A stretch of DNA of 64,000 nucleotides, taken from contig CAWBMV010000034.1 of the NCBI GenBank assembly GCA_963789955.1, positions 416,001 to 480,000 of the forward strand, written 5' to 3'. Below the pieces are notes generated by a model, which was not told the origin of the DNA, ran no database searches, and was given only the letters and a program-made list of their open reading frames with translations. The position numbers and the translations under genes were made by a program. The DNA is from an uncultured Candidatus Rokubacteria bacterium (GTDB taxonomy: Bacteria > Methylomirabilota > Methylomirabilia > Rokubacteriales > CSP1-6). This document shows positions 10,273 through 20,432 of this stretch, piece after piece (the first letter of the stretch is position 1; each line of letters begins with the position of its first letter).

Positions 10273-10493
10273 GCGTTCTCTCCCCGAGCCCCGGCCGTGA
10301 CGATCGCCGAGTGCGATCGACAGAGGTTCGGTGGCTCAGTCGGTGATTGCGCGAGGCCCTTGCGGGATCCCGCGTGGTTCGGGGCGCCTACCGGAACGAG
10401 CTAGGGGGAGGCTGGAGCGTCGGTCAGAAAACGCCGCGACCGAGGAGCCGGAACGCCGGAGGAATGCTTGCTGCAGGCTTTCCACGAGAGGGG

Positions 10494-10522
10494 AGTCTAT
10501 TAAACCGGCTCGCACGTGTCAA
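10494..10522 (-). promoter_or_regulatory. Strong sigma70-type promoter about 220 nt upstream of the kinase gene
   Basis: TTGACA (10522-10517), 17 nt, TAGACT (10499-10494). Confidence 0.65.
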
Positions 10523-10530
10523 CTCTGGCG

Positions 10531-12025
10531 TTAGAGATACACCCGCTCGGCCCGGCGAAGGGCGCGGTAGCGCTCGAACGATTTGCGCTCGTCCTCGAGG
10601 CCCAGGATCGACCGAAGGCTGGTTCCCCTGAACGTGTGCCGTAACATCTTGATCCCGTTACGAAGTGCGAACAGCGGTGTGTGGACCAGGGCCACCGGCA
10701 GGTGCTTCAGCTTGATCCAGCGGTCGGCCCGCCAGCGCAGGAACTCGATCTCGTCGGGCTCGAGGTACGCCGTCCGCACCACGGCGGTCGTCCCGTCGTA
10801 GTCCTCGAGCCGCTCGTTGATGATCAGCCCCTGCTCCCGGAAGGTCTTCGTCATCGGCGTCCGCGGGTAGGGCGTCGGATGCTGGATGTACGGCACGTCG
10901 ACGTAGCGCCGGACGAAGTCCAGATTGGTCTCGATCGACTCACGCGTGTCCTGGGGGTTGCCGACGATCAATCCGCCGACCACGTACATCTTGTTCTCGT
11001 GAAGATAGTCGATCGCCGCCACCGCCGCGTTGCCGCCGCGGGCGCCCTCGCCCCGCTGCGCGGTTCTTCGCCTCCGCGCGGAGGAATTCGAGATCTTCCT
11101 CGAGAATGTTCTCGATCCCGAGGAACACGTACCGAAAGCCCGCCTGCCGCATCAGCGGCGCCAGGGTCCGGCCGTGATTGGCGATGGCCGAGGTCATCGC
11201 CTGCACCGTGTAGTCGAGATCGTTGAGCCCGGCGTCGATGATGGCGCGACAGAGACCCTCGAATCGCTGCACGTTCAGGGTGATGTTGTCGTCGACCAGG
11301 AAGATCGCCTGAGCGCCGTGCGCCCGCGCGTCGCGGATGTCCGCCAGGACGCGGTCGAAGTTGAACGTGTGGAAGTTGCGCCCGCGCATCTCGATGATCG
11401 AGCAGAAGCTGCAGTCGAACGTGCACCCGCGCGAGGTCTCCACGACGTCGACTTGCCGGCCGACCATCGTGTATCCCGTCAAGACTCGCGCCCCGCGATT
11501 GGGCAGCCGCACCTCGCCCGCGTCGAGATCGCTGACCGCACGGTCAGGATTGTGCGTGAAGCTCTCGCCACACCGGAACGAGAGGCCGGGAACACCCGAG
11601 AAATCCTCGCCCCGCTCGATGGCCCTCACGAGCTCGCGAAACGTCAGCTCGCCCTCGCCGCGCACGATGAAGTCGACCCCCGCGCTCGGATCCGTGTAGG
11701 CGTCGGGCGCGAGGCTCGCGTCGTAGCCGCCGACCACCACACGCGCCGTCGGCCGCAGACGCCTGACCAGCTGGATGACTCGGAGCGCGGTATGCCGCTG
11801 GAAGGTCATCACCGAGAGGCCCACCACGTCCGGCTGGATCTCGCGGACCAGTCGCTCGAGCGTCTCGCGGACCCGGCGCTGGACCAGGATCAGGTCGGCG
11901 ACGGCGACACGATGGTGGGGATCGACGTTCCCGGCCAGCGAGGCCAGCGCCCCGTTGGGCATGCGAATCGCGACGGACGGCATGTGCTCGAACGAGTCCG
12001 GCATCGACAGCAACAAGATGTTCAT
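10531..12025 (-). CDS. Cobalamin-binding radical SAM protein; frameshift near 11040
   Basis: N-terminal B12 domain ('PDVVGLSVMT','VVVGGYDA','RGEGE') and 'SRGCTFDCSFC'. The C-terminal part is ORF 10531..11022. Confidence 0.9.
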
Positions 12026-12037
12026 CGGGTATTCGTC

Positions 12038-13156
12038 CTACGCGCGGCCCTCGAGCCCGATCGCGCGCGCCACGGTCTCCAGGTGAAGCTGCGCGTCGCC
12101 GAAATCGAGACTCGCCGCCTGGATGTGTTTGTGCAACAGGTGGAGCGGATGCTCCTCGCAATAGCTGATGGCTCCGAAGATCTGATGGCCGCGGCGCGCC
12201 ACCGCCAGGCACGCCTCGCCCGCGTAGGCCTTGGCGAGCGCCGCGTCGGCTTCGGCCGCGCGGCCCTCCGCGGCCTTCCACGCCGCCACGTACAGGAGCG
12301 CGCGCGCCGCATCCACGTCGCGTACGAGATCCGCGCAGGAGTGCTGGATGGCCTGGTAGCCGCCGATCGGACGCCCGCCCTGGACACGCGTCTTGGCGTG
12401 CTCGACCGCCAGCTCGAGCACGCGCTGGGCTCCGCCGACCATCTCGGCCGTCCGCGCGAGCGCGCCCGCTCGCAGGGCCGGCGCGAGCAAGCCGTCGCCG
12501 TCGCCGACGGCGCCGAGCAGGTCGTCCGGGCGAATCTCCACCCGATCGAATGTCACCTCGAAGAGCTTCTCGCCGCTGATCGCGTCGAGCGGCAGCCGCG
12601 CGATGCCGGATCGGTCCGTCGGCACGACGATCAGGGCCGGCGCGGCGCCGACCCGCACGGCCACGATGAGATCGTCGGCGATGTGCGCGTCCTTGACGAA
12701 GAGCTTTCGGCCGCTCAGCCGTCCGGGTACGGCGCACTCGAGCGCGACGGCGGCGGGATCGAACGACCCGCTCTCTTCCACGAGGGCGAGGCTCGCGATC
12801 CGCTCGCCGGCGGCCAGCGCCGGGAGCAGCCGTTTCTGCTGAGCCGGGCTACCGGCCGCGAGCACGAGTGACGTCGCCACCACCGCGCTCGCCACGAACG
12901 GGCCGGGCAAACCGGCTCGTCCCATCTCCTCGACGAGCACGATGACGTCGAGCAGGGAGCCGTCGCTGCCGCCGAGCTCGGCCGGGATCAAGAGCCCCGG
13001 CCATCCCAGCTCGGCCATGCGGCGCCACAGTGCCTCATCGAAGCCGCGCGCGTCGAGCGCCAGGCGCTGCACGAGCTCGGGCGGGCAGTGCTGGCGGAGG
13101 AACGCGCGGGCCGTCGTGGTCAGGATCTGCTGAGACGGGGACAGACGGAAATCCAT
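12038..13156 (-). CDS. Acyl-CoA dehydrogenase family protein (likely non-catalytic beta-type partner)
   Basis: 'MDFRLSPSQQ', 'LWRRMAELGWPGL..P..LGG', 'RVQGGRPIGGYQAIQH' and 'QIFGAISY'. Confidence 0.88.
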   Translation of the reverse strand: MDFRLSPSQQILTTTARAFLRQHCPPELVQRLALDARGFDEALWRRMAELGWPGLLIPAELGGSDGSLLDVIVLVEEMGRAGLPGPFVASAVVATSLVLAAGSPAQQKRLLPALAAGERIASLALVEESGSFDPAAVALECAVPGRLSGRKLFVKDAHIADDLIVAVRVGAAPALIVVPTDRSGIARLPLDAISGEKLFEVTFDRVEIRPDDLLGAVGDGDGLLAPALRAGALARTAEMVGGAQRVLELAVEHAKTRVQGGRPIGGYQAIQHSCADLVRDVDAARALLYVAAWKAAEGRAAEADAALAKAYAGEACLAVARRGHQIFGAISYCEEHPLHLLHKHIQAASLDFGDAQLHLETVARAIGLEGRA

Positions 13157-13157
13157 C

Positions 13158-14371
13158 TCAACGCGCCTTCGATTCGACGGCGACCTTCGGCTCGGCCGCG
13201 AGGCCGAGGCCGCGCACGGCAACGGTGGTGCGGAGGACCTCGGCGGTGCCGCCGGCGATCGTGTGGCCGAGGGTCGTCTGATAGAGGTGCGAGATCTGTC
13301 CGCCGAGCTTCGCCCACCGCGAGCCCTCGCGCAGCGGCCCCCAGAGCCCGAGCAGGTCCATGCCCAGGCGCGCCAGCTTCTGCCCGGTCTCGTCCGCGTA
13401 CACCTTCGCCATCGCGGTCTCGTAGGTGAGGGGCGCGCCGTCGCGGATGAGACAGCCGGCGCGATAGAAGATGAGGCGCAGCGCCGCGATGTCCGCGGCG
13501 ATCGCGGCCAGCCGGCGGCGCACGAACGGATCGCGCGCGAGCGGCGCGCCGCCGACGAGCGTCGTGTTGGCGTAGTCCACGAGCTGGCCGAGCACCCGCG
13601 CGAGCGCCGGCGCCTTGTAGAAGCGCCCCCAGAACCGGTCGGCGTCGAGCCCGTTCAGGAGCGCCTGGAAGCCTTCGCCGGGAGGTCCGAGCATGAGGTC
13701 CGCGGACACGCGCACGTCGTCCAGGAACACCTCGTGGTGATAGACCTCGCCGGTCATGCTGCGGATCGGCCGGATGTCCATGCCCGGCGTGCCGTTCGCG
13801 ACGACGAACATGCTGAATCCGCGGCTGCGCCGCGCCTCGCGGCTCGTTCGCGCGAACACGAGCCCGTGCGACGCGATGCCGGCGTGGCTCGACCAGATCT
13901 TGTGGCCGCGGATCACGTAGTGATCGCCGTCGCGGCGTGCCTCGGTCTTCAGCGCGAGCAGATCGGAGCCCGCGTCGGGCTCGCTGTAACCCTGCCAGAA
14001 CGTCGCCTCGCCGCGCGCGATCGCGGGCAGGACCTCGCGCCGCAGGCGCTCGGTCCCGAGCTCGATGACGGCGTCGGCCGTTTGCCAGACGCCGGCGAGC
14101 GGCCCGAACGGCGCGCCGGCGAGCGCCAGCTCCTCCATGAGGACGAGCTTCATGAACATCGGCTGCTCGCGGCCGCCCAGGCGTCTGTCGGCCAGCACAT
14201 GCTGATCCAGCCCTGGGCGCCGAGCGCCTTCATGAACGCTCGCGAGTTGGCGCCCGAGCCGTAGCCCGCGTCCATGCCGTCGACGGCGAACGTCTCGGGC
14301 GGGTTCGCGCGGAGGAATCGGCGAACCTCGTCGGCGAACGCCTGCTCGGCCTCGGTGAAGTCGAAATTCAT
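13158..14371 (-). CDS. Acyl-CoA dehydrogenase family protein; frameshift near 14200
   Basis: 'MNFDFTEAEQAF', 'FWQGYSEPDAGSDL', 'GHKIWSS' and 'TIAGGTAEV'. Confidence 0.9.
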
Positions 14372-14443
14372 CGAACGCGCCGGTCAGGATAACGCGTCCG
14401 CCGGGCGACCACCAGCGACCGCCTGATGATGTATGGTGTGGCC

Positions 14444-15383
14444 ATGCGCTACGGGTTCTATCTTCCGACTCGCGGTCAGACGGCGACGCCGGAGGCGCTC
14501 GAGACGCTCGTCCAGCGCGGCGAGAGCCTGGGCTTCGCCTCGGTGATGATCGCCGACCATCTGGTGTTCCCGGTCACGATCAAGTCGCGCTATCCCTACA
14601 CGGTCTCGGGCGATTTCCCGGGCAAGGGCGACGTCCTCGATCAGCTCTCGCTGATGACCTTCGTCGCCGCCAAGACCACGCGCCTGCGCCTGGTCACGAG
14701 CGTGATGATCGTGCCCTACCGCAATCCGGTGCTGACGGCCAAGGCGCTCGCGACGATCGACGTGCTCTCGAAGGGACGCGTCACGCTCGGCGTCGGCGTG
14801 GGATGGATGCGCGAGGAGTTCGAGGCGCTCGGCGCGCCGGAGTTCGAGCGGCGGGGCGCGGTGACCGACGAGTACATCCGCATCTTCAAGACGCTGTGGA
14901 CGCAGAGTCCCGCGTCCTTCTCGGGCGAGTTCTATCGATTCGAGGCGCTCCACTGTCGGCCGCAGCCCGTTCAGAAGCCGCACCCGCCGATCTGGATCGG
15001 CGGCCACAGCAAGGCCGCCCTGCGGCGGGCGGCGCGCCTCGGCGACGGCTGGCATCCGGTCGGCGCCAACGCGGCGGTCCCGCTGCCGCCCGTCGGAGCT
15101 GCGGCAGCTCCTCGACGAGCTCTACCGGCTCACCGAGGCCGAGGGGCGCGACCCCAAGTCGCTGACGATTTCGTACAAGGCTCCCGTGTACGACCTGAGT
15201 CAACGACAGCTCCCGGGCGGCGAGCGACGGCCGTTCTCCGGAGGCCCGGCGCAGATCGCGGAGGACATCGCGGCGTTCGCGCGGCTGGGCGTGAGCGAGA
15301 TCGTCTTCGACTTCCGCAGCGAAAGCCTCGCCGAGAGCCTCGAGCGGATGGAGAGCTTCGGCCCGGTGATCCGCCAGGGCTAG
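14444..15383 (+). CDS. LLM-class (probably F420-dependent type) oxidoreductase; frameshift near 15095
   Basis: 'ADHLVFP...YPY', '[25 protein letters not shown]' and 'PPIWIGGHS'. The C-terminus is ORF 15186..15383. Confidence 0.88.
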
Positions 15384-16115
15384 GCCGGCGGCTTCACGCG
15401 TCCGCGATACTGCAGATAGCGCGCGACCAGCCAGCACGGCAGCGCCCACGCGAGTCCCGCGGACCAGCCGGCGAGGACGTCGGTCGGGTAGTGGACGCCG
15501 AGATAGACGCGGCTGAGCGCCGATGAGCACCGCGAGCAGGAGCGAGACGACGATGCAGTACGTCCGGCTTCGTCGCCGCGGCACGAACCGCGCGAGGACC
15601 GCGCCGAGGGTGAGGTAGGTCACGACCGCGAGCAGCGAGTGACCGCTCGGGAAGCTGGCGCTGCCGACATTGACCAGGTGCGGCACGATCTCCGGCCGCT
15701 TGCGGGCGAACCACCACTTCAGAAGCTCGCTGAGCACGCCGCCCCCGGCGGTGGCGACGACGATCAGCGCGATCGCGTCGTACCGGCGCTCGAGCGCCAG
15801 GTAGCCCAACACGACCACGAGGAAGATCGCAAGGACCGCAGTGCCGCCGAGGGCGGTCACGTCGATCGCCACCTGGACGAGCCACGCCGGGCCGATCGGC
15901 ACGCTCGGATCGGCGGCGGAGCGCATCATGCGGAGCACGCCGTCGTCGAACTCGCGGAGATCGCCTTCCATCATCTCGCCGGCGGTTTTCGAGAAGGCGA
16001 GGAGAGCAAGGACGATCGCGAGCGACGCCAGCAGCACGCCGGCCTCCTGGCCGGTGAGCCAGCGGACGGCGAGCCGGAAGGCCCTGGTCGACGCGTGAAC
16101 CATTGTTCGCGACAT
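15380..16115 (-). CDS. PAP2 family membrane phosphatase; frameshift near 15520
   Basis: 'KWWFARKRP', 'SFPSGHS' and, in the next frame, '[17 protein letters not shown]'. Confidence 0.88.
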
Positions 16116-16198
16116 CCTCTCTCCATCGTACGTCCGACTACCAAGAGGCCGACGGTGCGGCGCACCTGTGGTACGCTCTCGCCGGCCATGAGGACGGC

Positions 16199-16919
16199 GT
16201 GACCCGACGCGCACAGATCGCCATCGTCGGTGACTTCACGCCGGCGAACGTCACCCACCAGCTCACGAACGCGGCGCTCGAGCACGTCGGACTCGGATTC
16301 ACGTGGGTGCCGACCGACGCTCCCGGCGACTGGGACGAGCGCCTGGCGGCGTACGACGGCGTCTGGATCGCGCCGGCGAGCCCCTACCGGAGCATGGACG
16401 GCGCGCTCGCGGCGGTGCGGTACGCGCGCGAGCGCGGAGTCCCGCTGGTCGGTACCTGAGGCGGTTTCCAGCACGCGATCGTCGAGTTCGCGCGCAACGT
16501 CCTCGGGTACCGAGACGCCGACCACGCTGAAACGAGCCCCGACGCCCCTCGACTGGTGATCACCGCGCTGGCCTGTTCACTCGTCGGGCAAGAGCAGCGG
16601 GTGGTGCTGGTCCCGCGCACGCGCGCCGCGCGTCTCTACGGCGTGGCCGAGGCGACCGAGCCGTACTACTGCAACTACGGCGTGAACCCGGACTATCGCC
16701 TGCAGTTCGAGGCGTGCGGCCTTCGGGTGAGCGGAGTCGGCGCCGAGGGTGAGATCCGGATCGTCGAGCTTCCCGGAGCATCCGTTCTTCGTCGCCACGC
16801 TGTTTCTCCCGCAGGCCCGCTCCACGGCGGCGAGCCCCCACCCGCTGCTCGTCGGCTACGCGGCCGCGGTCGACGCCTGCCGCGAAGCCCGCGCCCGCCT
16901 CTCGCTCGCCAAACCCTGA
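16199..16919 (+). CDS. Stand-alone CTP-synthase C-terminal-like class I glutamine amidotransferase; in-frame TGA at 16457-16459 is probably selenocysteine; frameshift near 16778
   Basis: 'IAIVGDF...YDGVWIAPASPYRSMDGALAAVRYARERGVPLVGT*GGFQHAIVEFARNVLG...YYCNYGVNP...ELP/HPFFVATLF'. The frame stays open and homologous after the TGA. Confidence 0.85.
16471..16495 (+). promoter_or_regulatory. Candidate bacterial SECIS hairpin
   Basis: GC-A-CGCGA (16471-16478) pairs with TCGCG-C-GC (16488-16495). The stem starts 11 nt after the TGA. Confidence 0.45.
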
Positions 16920-16958
16920 CGCGCTAACCTCCGCCGAACGCCGCCAGGCGTAGCGTTG

Positions 16959-17074
16959 CCAGGGCCAAGACGGCCTAGCTGCGAGGCGGCGCCGAAGGCG
17001 CACGCGAGCCGTACTTCGAGTACGGTGAGCGCGCGCCGAGGGCGCCGACGAAGCAGATGGCCTCGGCCGCCTGG
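16959..17074. repeat. ~115-bp nested palindromic intergenic element (REP/MITE-like or structured RNA) between convergent genes
   Basis: Nested pairings ccagg/cctgg, ggcc/ggcc, ctgc/gcag, cggcgcc/ggcgccg, ggcgcacgc/gcgcgcgcc and apex ccgtac-ttcga-gtacgg. Confidence 0.65.
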
Positions 17075-18050
17075 TTAGGTGTTGAGGCGGCGGCGCAGGA
17101 AGCCGAGCAGCCCCTGCGGCAGGAAGATGATCATGATGATGAAGATGATGCCGACGGGGATGAGGTAGTACTCGGTCAGGAAGCGCGAGAGCCCCTCGCG
17201 GAGCAGCAGGAAGAACGCGGCGCCCGCGAACGGGCCCACCAGGGTGCCCATCCCGCCCATCACGTTGAAGATCACGACCTCACCCGAGACCACGAAGAAG
17301 ACGAAGTCGGGCGCGGCGAACTTGTTCTGCATGGCGTAGAGCACGCCCGCGAGCCCGGCGAAGAGCCCGGAGAGCATCACCGCCACGATCTTGTACCGCT
17401 CGACGTGATAGCCGATCGCCCGCGTGCGCGGCTCGTTCTCGCGAATCGACTGGAGCACCATGCCGAACGGCGACTGCGTGATCCGCCGGACCAGCAGGTA
17501 GGAGAGCACCACGACCGCCAGCACGAACCAGTGAAAGGTCGTGGGCGTGAAGCGGTCGCTCCAGAGGCCCAGGATCGACAGCCGCGGCTGGCTGAACGTG
17601 AGGCCGTTCTCGCCGCCGGTGACCTCGGTCCAGGTGAAGATGATCACGTAGAAGATCTGCGAGAACACCAGGGTCGAGATCGCGAAGTAGATGTCGCGCA
17701 GACGCGTCGCGAAGTACGCGACGAACACGGCGGCGCCGCCGGCGGCGACCAGGCCGTAGAGCAGCGCCAGCGACAGGCTCGGCGGCTTCACGGTGAGGAG
17801 CGCGGCGGCCGCGCCGTACATGCCGAGGCCGAAGAACGCCGAGTGGCCGAACGAGACCATGCCGGTGTAGCCGATCAGGATGTCGGACGACATCGCCAGC
17901 AGCCCCCAGATCAGGATCTCCGTGACGAATCGCTGCCAGAACGGCGGGAGCACGAGCGGCGCCACCAGGAGGAGCCCGACCAGCAACGCGAAGGTGGTCC
18001 AGTAGCCGGCGGAGCGCGGCCTCCGGCCGAGCGGCGACCGTCGCGGTCAT
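17075..18050 (-). CDS. Branched-chain amino acid ABC transporter permease (LivM-like); probable frameshift near the 5' end
   Basis: 'GYTGMVSFGHSAFFGLG', 'VTGGENGL', 'SIRENEPR..AIGY' and 'GGMGTLVGP'. Confidence 0.9.
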
Positions 18051-18907
18051 TTCGGCGTCGGGACGAACAGGCCGGTGGGCCGGAAGAGCATCGTGAGCAC
18101 CAGGACCACGAACGAGACGATCACCGCCTGAGCCGGGCTCACGATGATCGCGGCGTAGCTCTCCAGGAGGCTGACGAAGATCGAGGCCAGGATCGACCCG
18201 CCGAGGTTCCCCATCCCGCCGACGACCACCACGATGAACGCGCGCAGGGTGAAGTCGAATCCCATCGTCTGGGTCACACCGGCGAACGGACCGAACAGCA
18301 CGCCGCTGGCCGCCGCCATCGCCGAGCCGATCGCGAACACCGCGGTGTAGACCAGCGGCACCGGGATGCCCATCGCCTGCGCCATCACGCGATCCTGGGT
18401 CGTCGCGCGAATCCAGATGCCGTACTTGCCGTACTTCAGGAAGAGCCAGAGCGCGGCGATGATCAGCCCGGCCAGCACCGCCGTGGCGATCCGGTACCAG
18501 GGGTACTGCAGATAGAAGAGGTTGAAATCCCCGGGGACCGGCGCGCTGATCTGGCGCACCGACGGGCCCCACTGCCAGAGCGCGTACTTCTGGATCACGA
18601 GCGAGACGCCGAACGTGGCCAGGATGGTCGTCAGCGGATCGCGGCCGATCAGCGGCCGCAACGTCGTGATCTGCAGCAGGGCGCCGAGGATGGCGATGAC
18701 GACCATCGCGACGATCAGCGCCAGCCAGTAGCTGCCGGTGACACCCAGCACGCTGGCGCCGACGAACGCGCCGAGCATCAGCAGATCGCCGTGCGCGAAG
18801 TTGACGATGTCCATGATGCCGAAGATGAGCGTGAGCCCCGAGGCGACCATCGCCAGGACCATGCCGTTCACGAGGCCGTGGAGGGTTTGGATGATGATCT
18901 GGTCCAT
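18047..18907 (-). CDS. Branched-chain amino acid ABC transporter permease (LivH-like)
   Basis: 'GLTLIFGIMDIVNFAHGD' and 'AFIVVVVGGMG'. Confidence 0.92.
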   Translation of the reverse strand: MDQIIIQTLHGLVNGMVLAMVASGLTLIFGIMDIVNFAHGDLLMLGAFVGASVLGVTGSYWLALIVAMVVIAILGALLQITTLRPLIGRDPLTTILATFGVSLVIQKYALWQWGPSVRQISAPVPGDFNLFYLQYPWYRIATAVLAGLIIAALWLFLKYGKYGIWIRATTQDRVMAQAMGIPVPLVYTAVFAIGSAMAAASGVLFGPFAGVTQTMGFDFTLRAFIVVVVGGMGNLGGSILASIFVSLLESYAAIIVSPAQAVIVSFVVLVLTMLFRPTGLFVPTPK

Positions 18908-18908
18908 C

Positions 18909-19616
18909 TCAGACCCCCAGGTACTCGTGGATGACGCGTTGATCGGCGCGCAGCTCGGCGGCCGAGGCGTGGTGGCGCACGGTGCCCTTCTCCATGATGT
19001 AGACGCGCCCGGCGGCGTCGAGCGTCAGCGGCACGTTCTGCTCGACCAGGAGAATGGCCACGCCCTCGCGGTGGAGCGCGTGCACGATCTCCTGGATCTG
19101 CCCGACCATGCGAGGCATGAGCCCTTCGGTCGGCTCGTCGAGCAGGATGATCTTCGGCTCGAGCACCATCGCGCGGGCAATCGCGAGCATCTGCTGCTCG
19201 CCGCCCGACAAGGTGCCGCCGGCCTGGTTGCGCCGCTCCCTCAGGATCGGAAAGTACGCGTAGACTTTGTCGAGCAGCGCATTGCGCCGGGCGGGTGTCA
19301 TGCCGGCGCGGTCGAGCCCGGTGCGCAGATTCTCGAGCACGGTGAGCAGGCGGAAGATCCGCCGTTCCTCGGGCACCCAGGCGATGCCGAGGCCGGCGAG
19401 CCCGTGTGGCGGCACGCCGTGGAGATCCCGGCCCTCGAAGGTGATGCGACCGCCGGTGCGGCGCGCCATGCCCATGATGGTCTTGAGCGTCGTGGTCTTG
19501 CCGACACCGTTGCGCCCGAGCAGGCCGACCACCTCGCCGGCGCGCACCTCGATCGACACGCCGTGGAGCACGTGGGACTTGCCGTAGTGGGCGTCGACGT
19601 TCTCGAGGACCAGCAT
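18909..19616 (-). CDS. ABC transporter ATP-binding protein (LivF-like)
   Basis: 'GRNGVGKTT', 'LSGGEQQMLAIARA', 'LLDEPTEG' and 'LLVEQN'. Confidence 0.92.
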   Translation of the reverse strand: MLVLENVDAHYGKSHVLHGVSIEVRAGEVVGLLGRNGVGKTTTLKTIMGMARRTGGRITFEGRDLHGVPPHGLAGLGIAWVPEERRIFRLLTVLENLRTGLDRAGMTPARRNALLDKVYAYFPILRERRNQAGGTLSGGEQQMLAIARAMVLEPKIILLDEPTEGLMPRMVGQIQEIVHALHREGVAILLVEQNVPLTLDAAGRVYIMEKGTVRHHASAAELRADQRVIHEYLGV

Positions 19617-20371
19617 CAGATCTTGAGGTAGACCTCTTGAACCCGCGGGTTGGCCTGGATCTCGGCGGGTCGGCCCTCGGCCAGCACCTCGCCGTAGTTC
19701 AGCACCGTGATCGTGTGGGCGAGCCCCATCACGACTTCCATGTCGTGCTCGACGATGAGGATCGTCAGGCCGCGGGCGATCCGACGGATCAGATCGACCG
19801 TGGCGTGCGTCTCGGTCACGCTCATCCCGGCCGTCGGCTCGTCGAGGCACAGGAGCTTCGGCTCCGTCGCGAGCGCGATGCCGATCTCGAGGTTGCGCTG
19901 CTCGCCGTGCGAGAGATTCGACGCGAGCTCGTCCTCCTTGCCGGCCAGACCCACGTCGGCCAGGACGGCGCGCGCCCGGGCGATGACGTCCGTGTACGCC
20001 CGGTGGTGGCGCAGCATGCTCCAGTTGTGATGGCGGGACTGGCTGGCGATCCGCACGTTCTCGAGCACGGTCGCGCCCGGCAGGATGTTGGTGATCTGGT
20101 AGGAGCGCGCGATCGCCTTGCGCGAGATCGCGTGGGGCGGCAATCCCGCGATGTCCTCGCCGTTGAACTCGATCCGGCCGCTCGTCGGGCGGAGCACACC
20201 CGTCAGGCAGTTGAAGAAGGTGGATTTGCCGGCGCCGTTGGGGCCGATGATCCCGCGGATCTCACCCCGCGGGACGGAAATGCTCACGTTGTTGACGGCG
20301 GCCAGACCGCCGAACCGCACGGTCAGAGCTTCCGTCTTGAGGATCGGAGCGGATTCGGTCAGTGCGGACAC
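19616..20371 (-). CDS. ABC transporter ATP-binding protein (LivG-like)
   Basis: 'GPNGAGKST', 'LSHGEQR', 'LDEPTAGM' and 'VEHDM'. Confidence 0.92.
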   Translation of the reverse strand: MSALTESAPILKTEALTVRFGGLAAVNNVSISVPRGEIRGIIGPNGAGKSTFFNCLTGVLRPTSGRIEFNGEDIAGLPPHAISRKAIARSYQITNILPGATVLENVRIASQSRHHNWSMLRHHRAYTDVIARARAVLADVGLAGKEDELASNLSHGEQRNLEIGIALATEPKLLCLDEPTAGMSVTETHATVDLIRRIARGLTILIVEHDMEVVMGLAHTITVLNYGEVLAEGRPAEIQANPRVQEVYLKI

Positions 20372-20385
20372 GCTCTAGCGAATGA

Positions 20386-20420
20386 CTCGGAGCGTCCCAT
20401 CGACCGCGGGACGCTCCGAG
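20386..20420 (-). terminator. 13-bp stem-loop between the SBP and ATPase genes (mRNA-stabilising hairpin or partial terminator)
   Basis: ctcggagcgtccc - 9 nt - gggacgctccgag. Confidence 0.55.
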
Positions 20421-20432
20421 CCCCCATGGCCT

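Noticed and set aside
10456..10472. Plus-strand sigma54-like GG-N10-GC motif (CGGAGGAATGCTTGC)
   Set aside because: Poor match at the -24 box and no plus-strand gene downstream.
16199..16919. pyrG (CTP synthase) or a simple nonsense pseudogene
   Set aside because: There is no synthetase domain. The stop falls exactly on the catalytic Cys codon with conserved sequence beyond it, which fits Sec recoding better.
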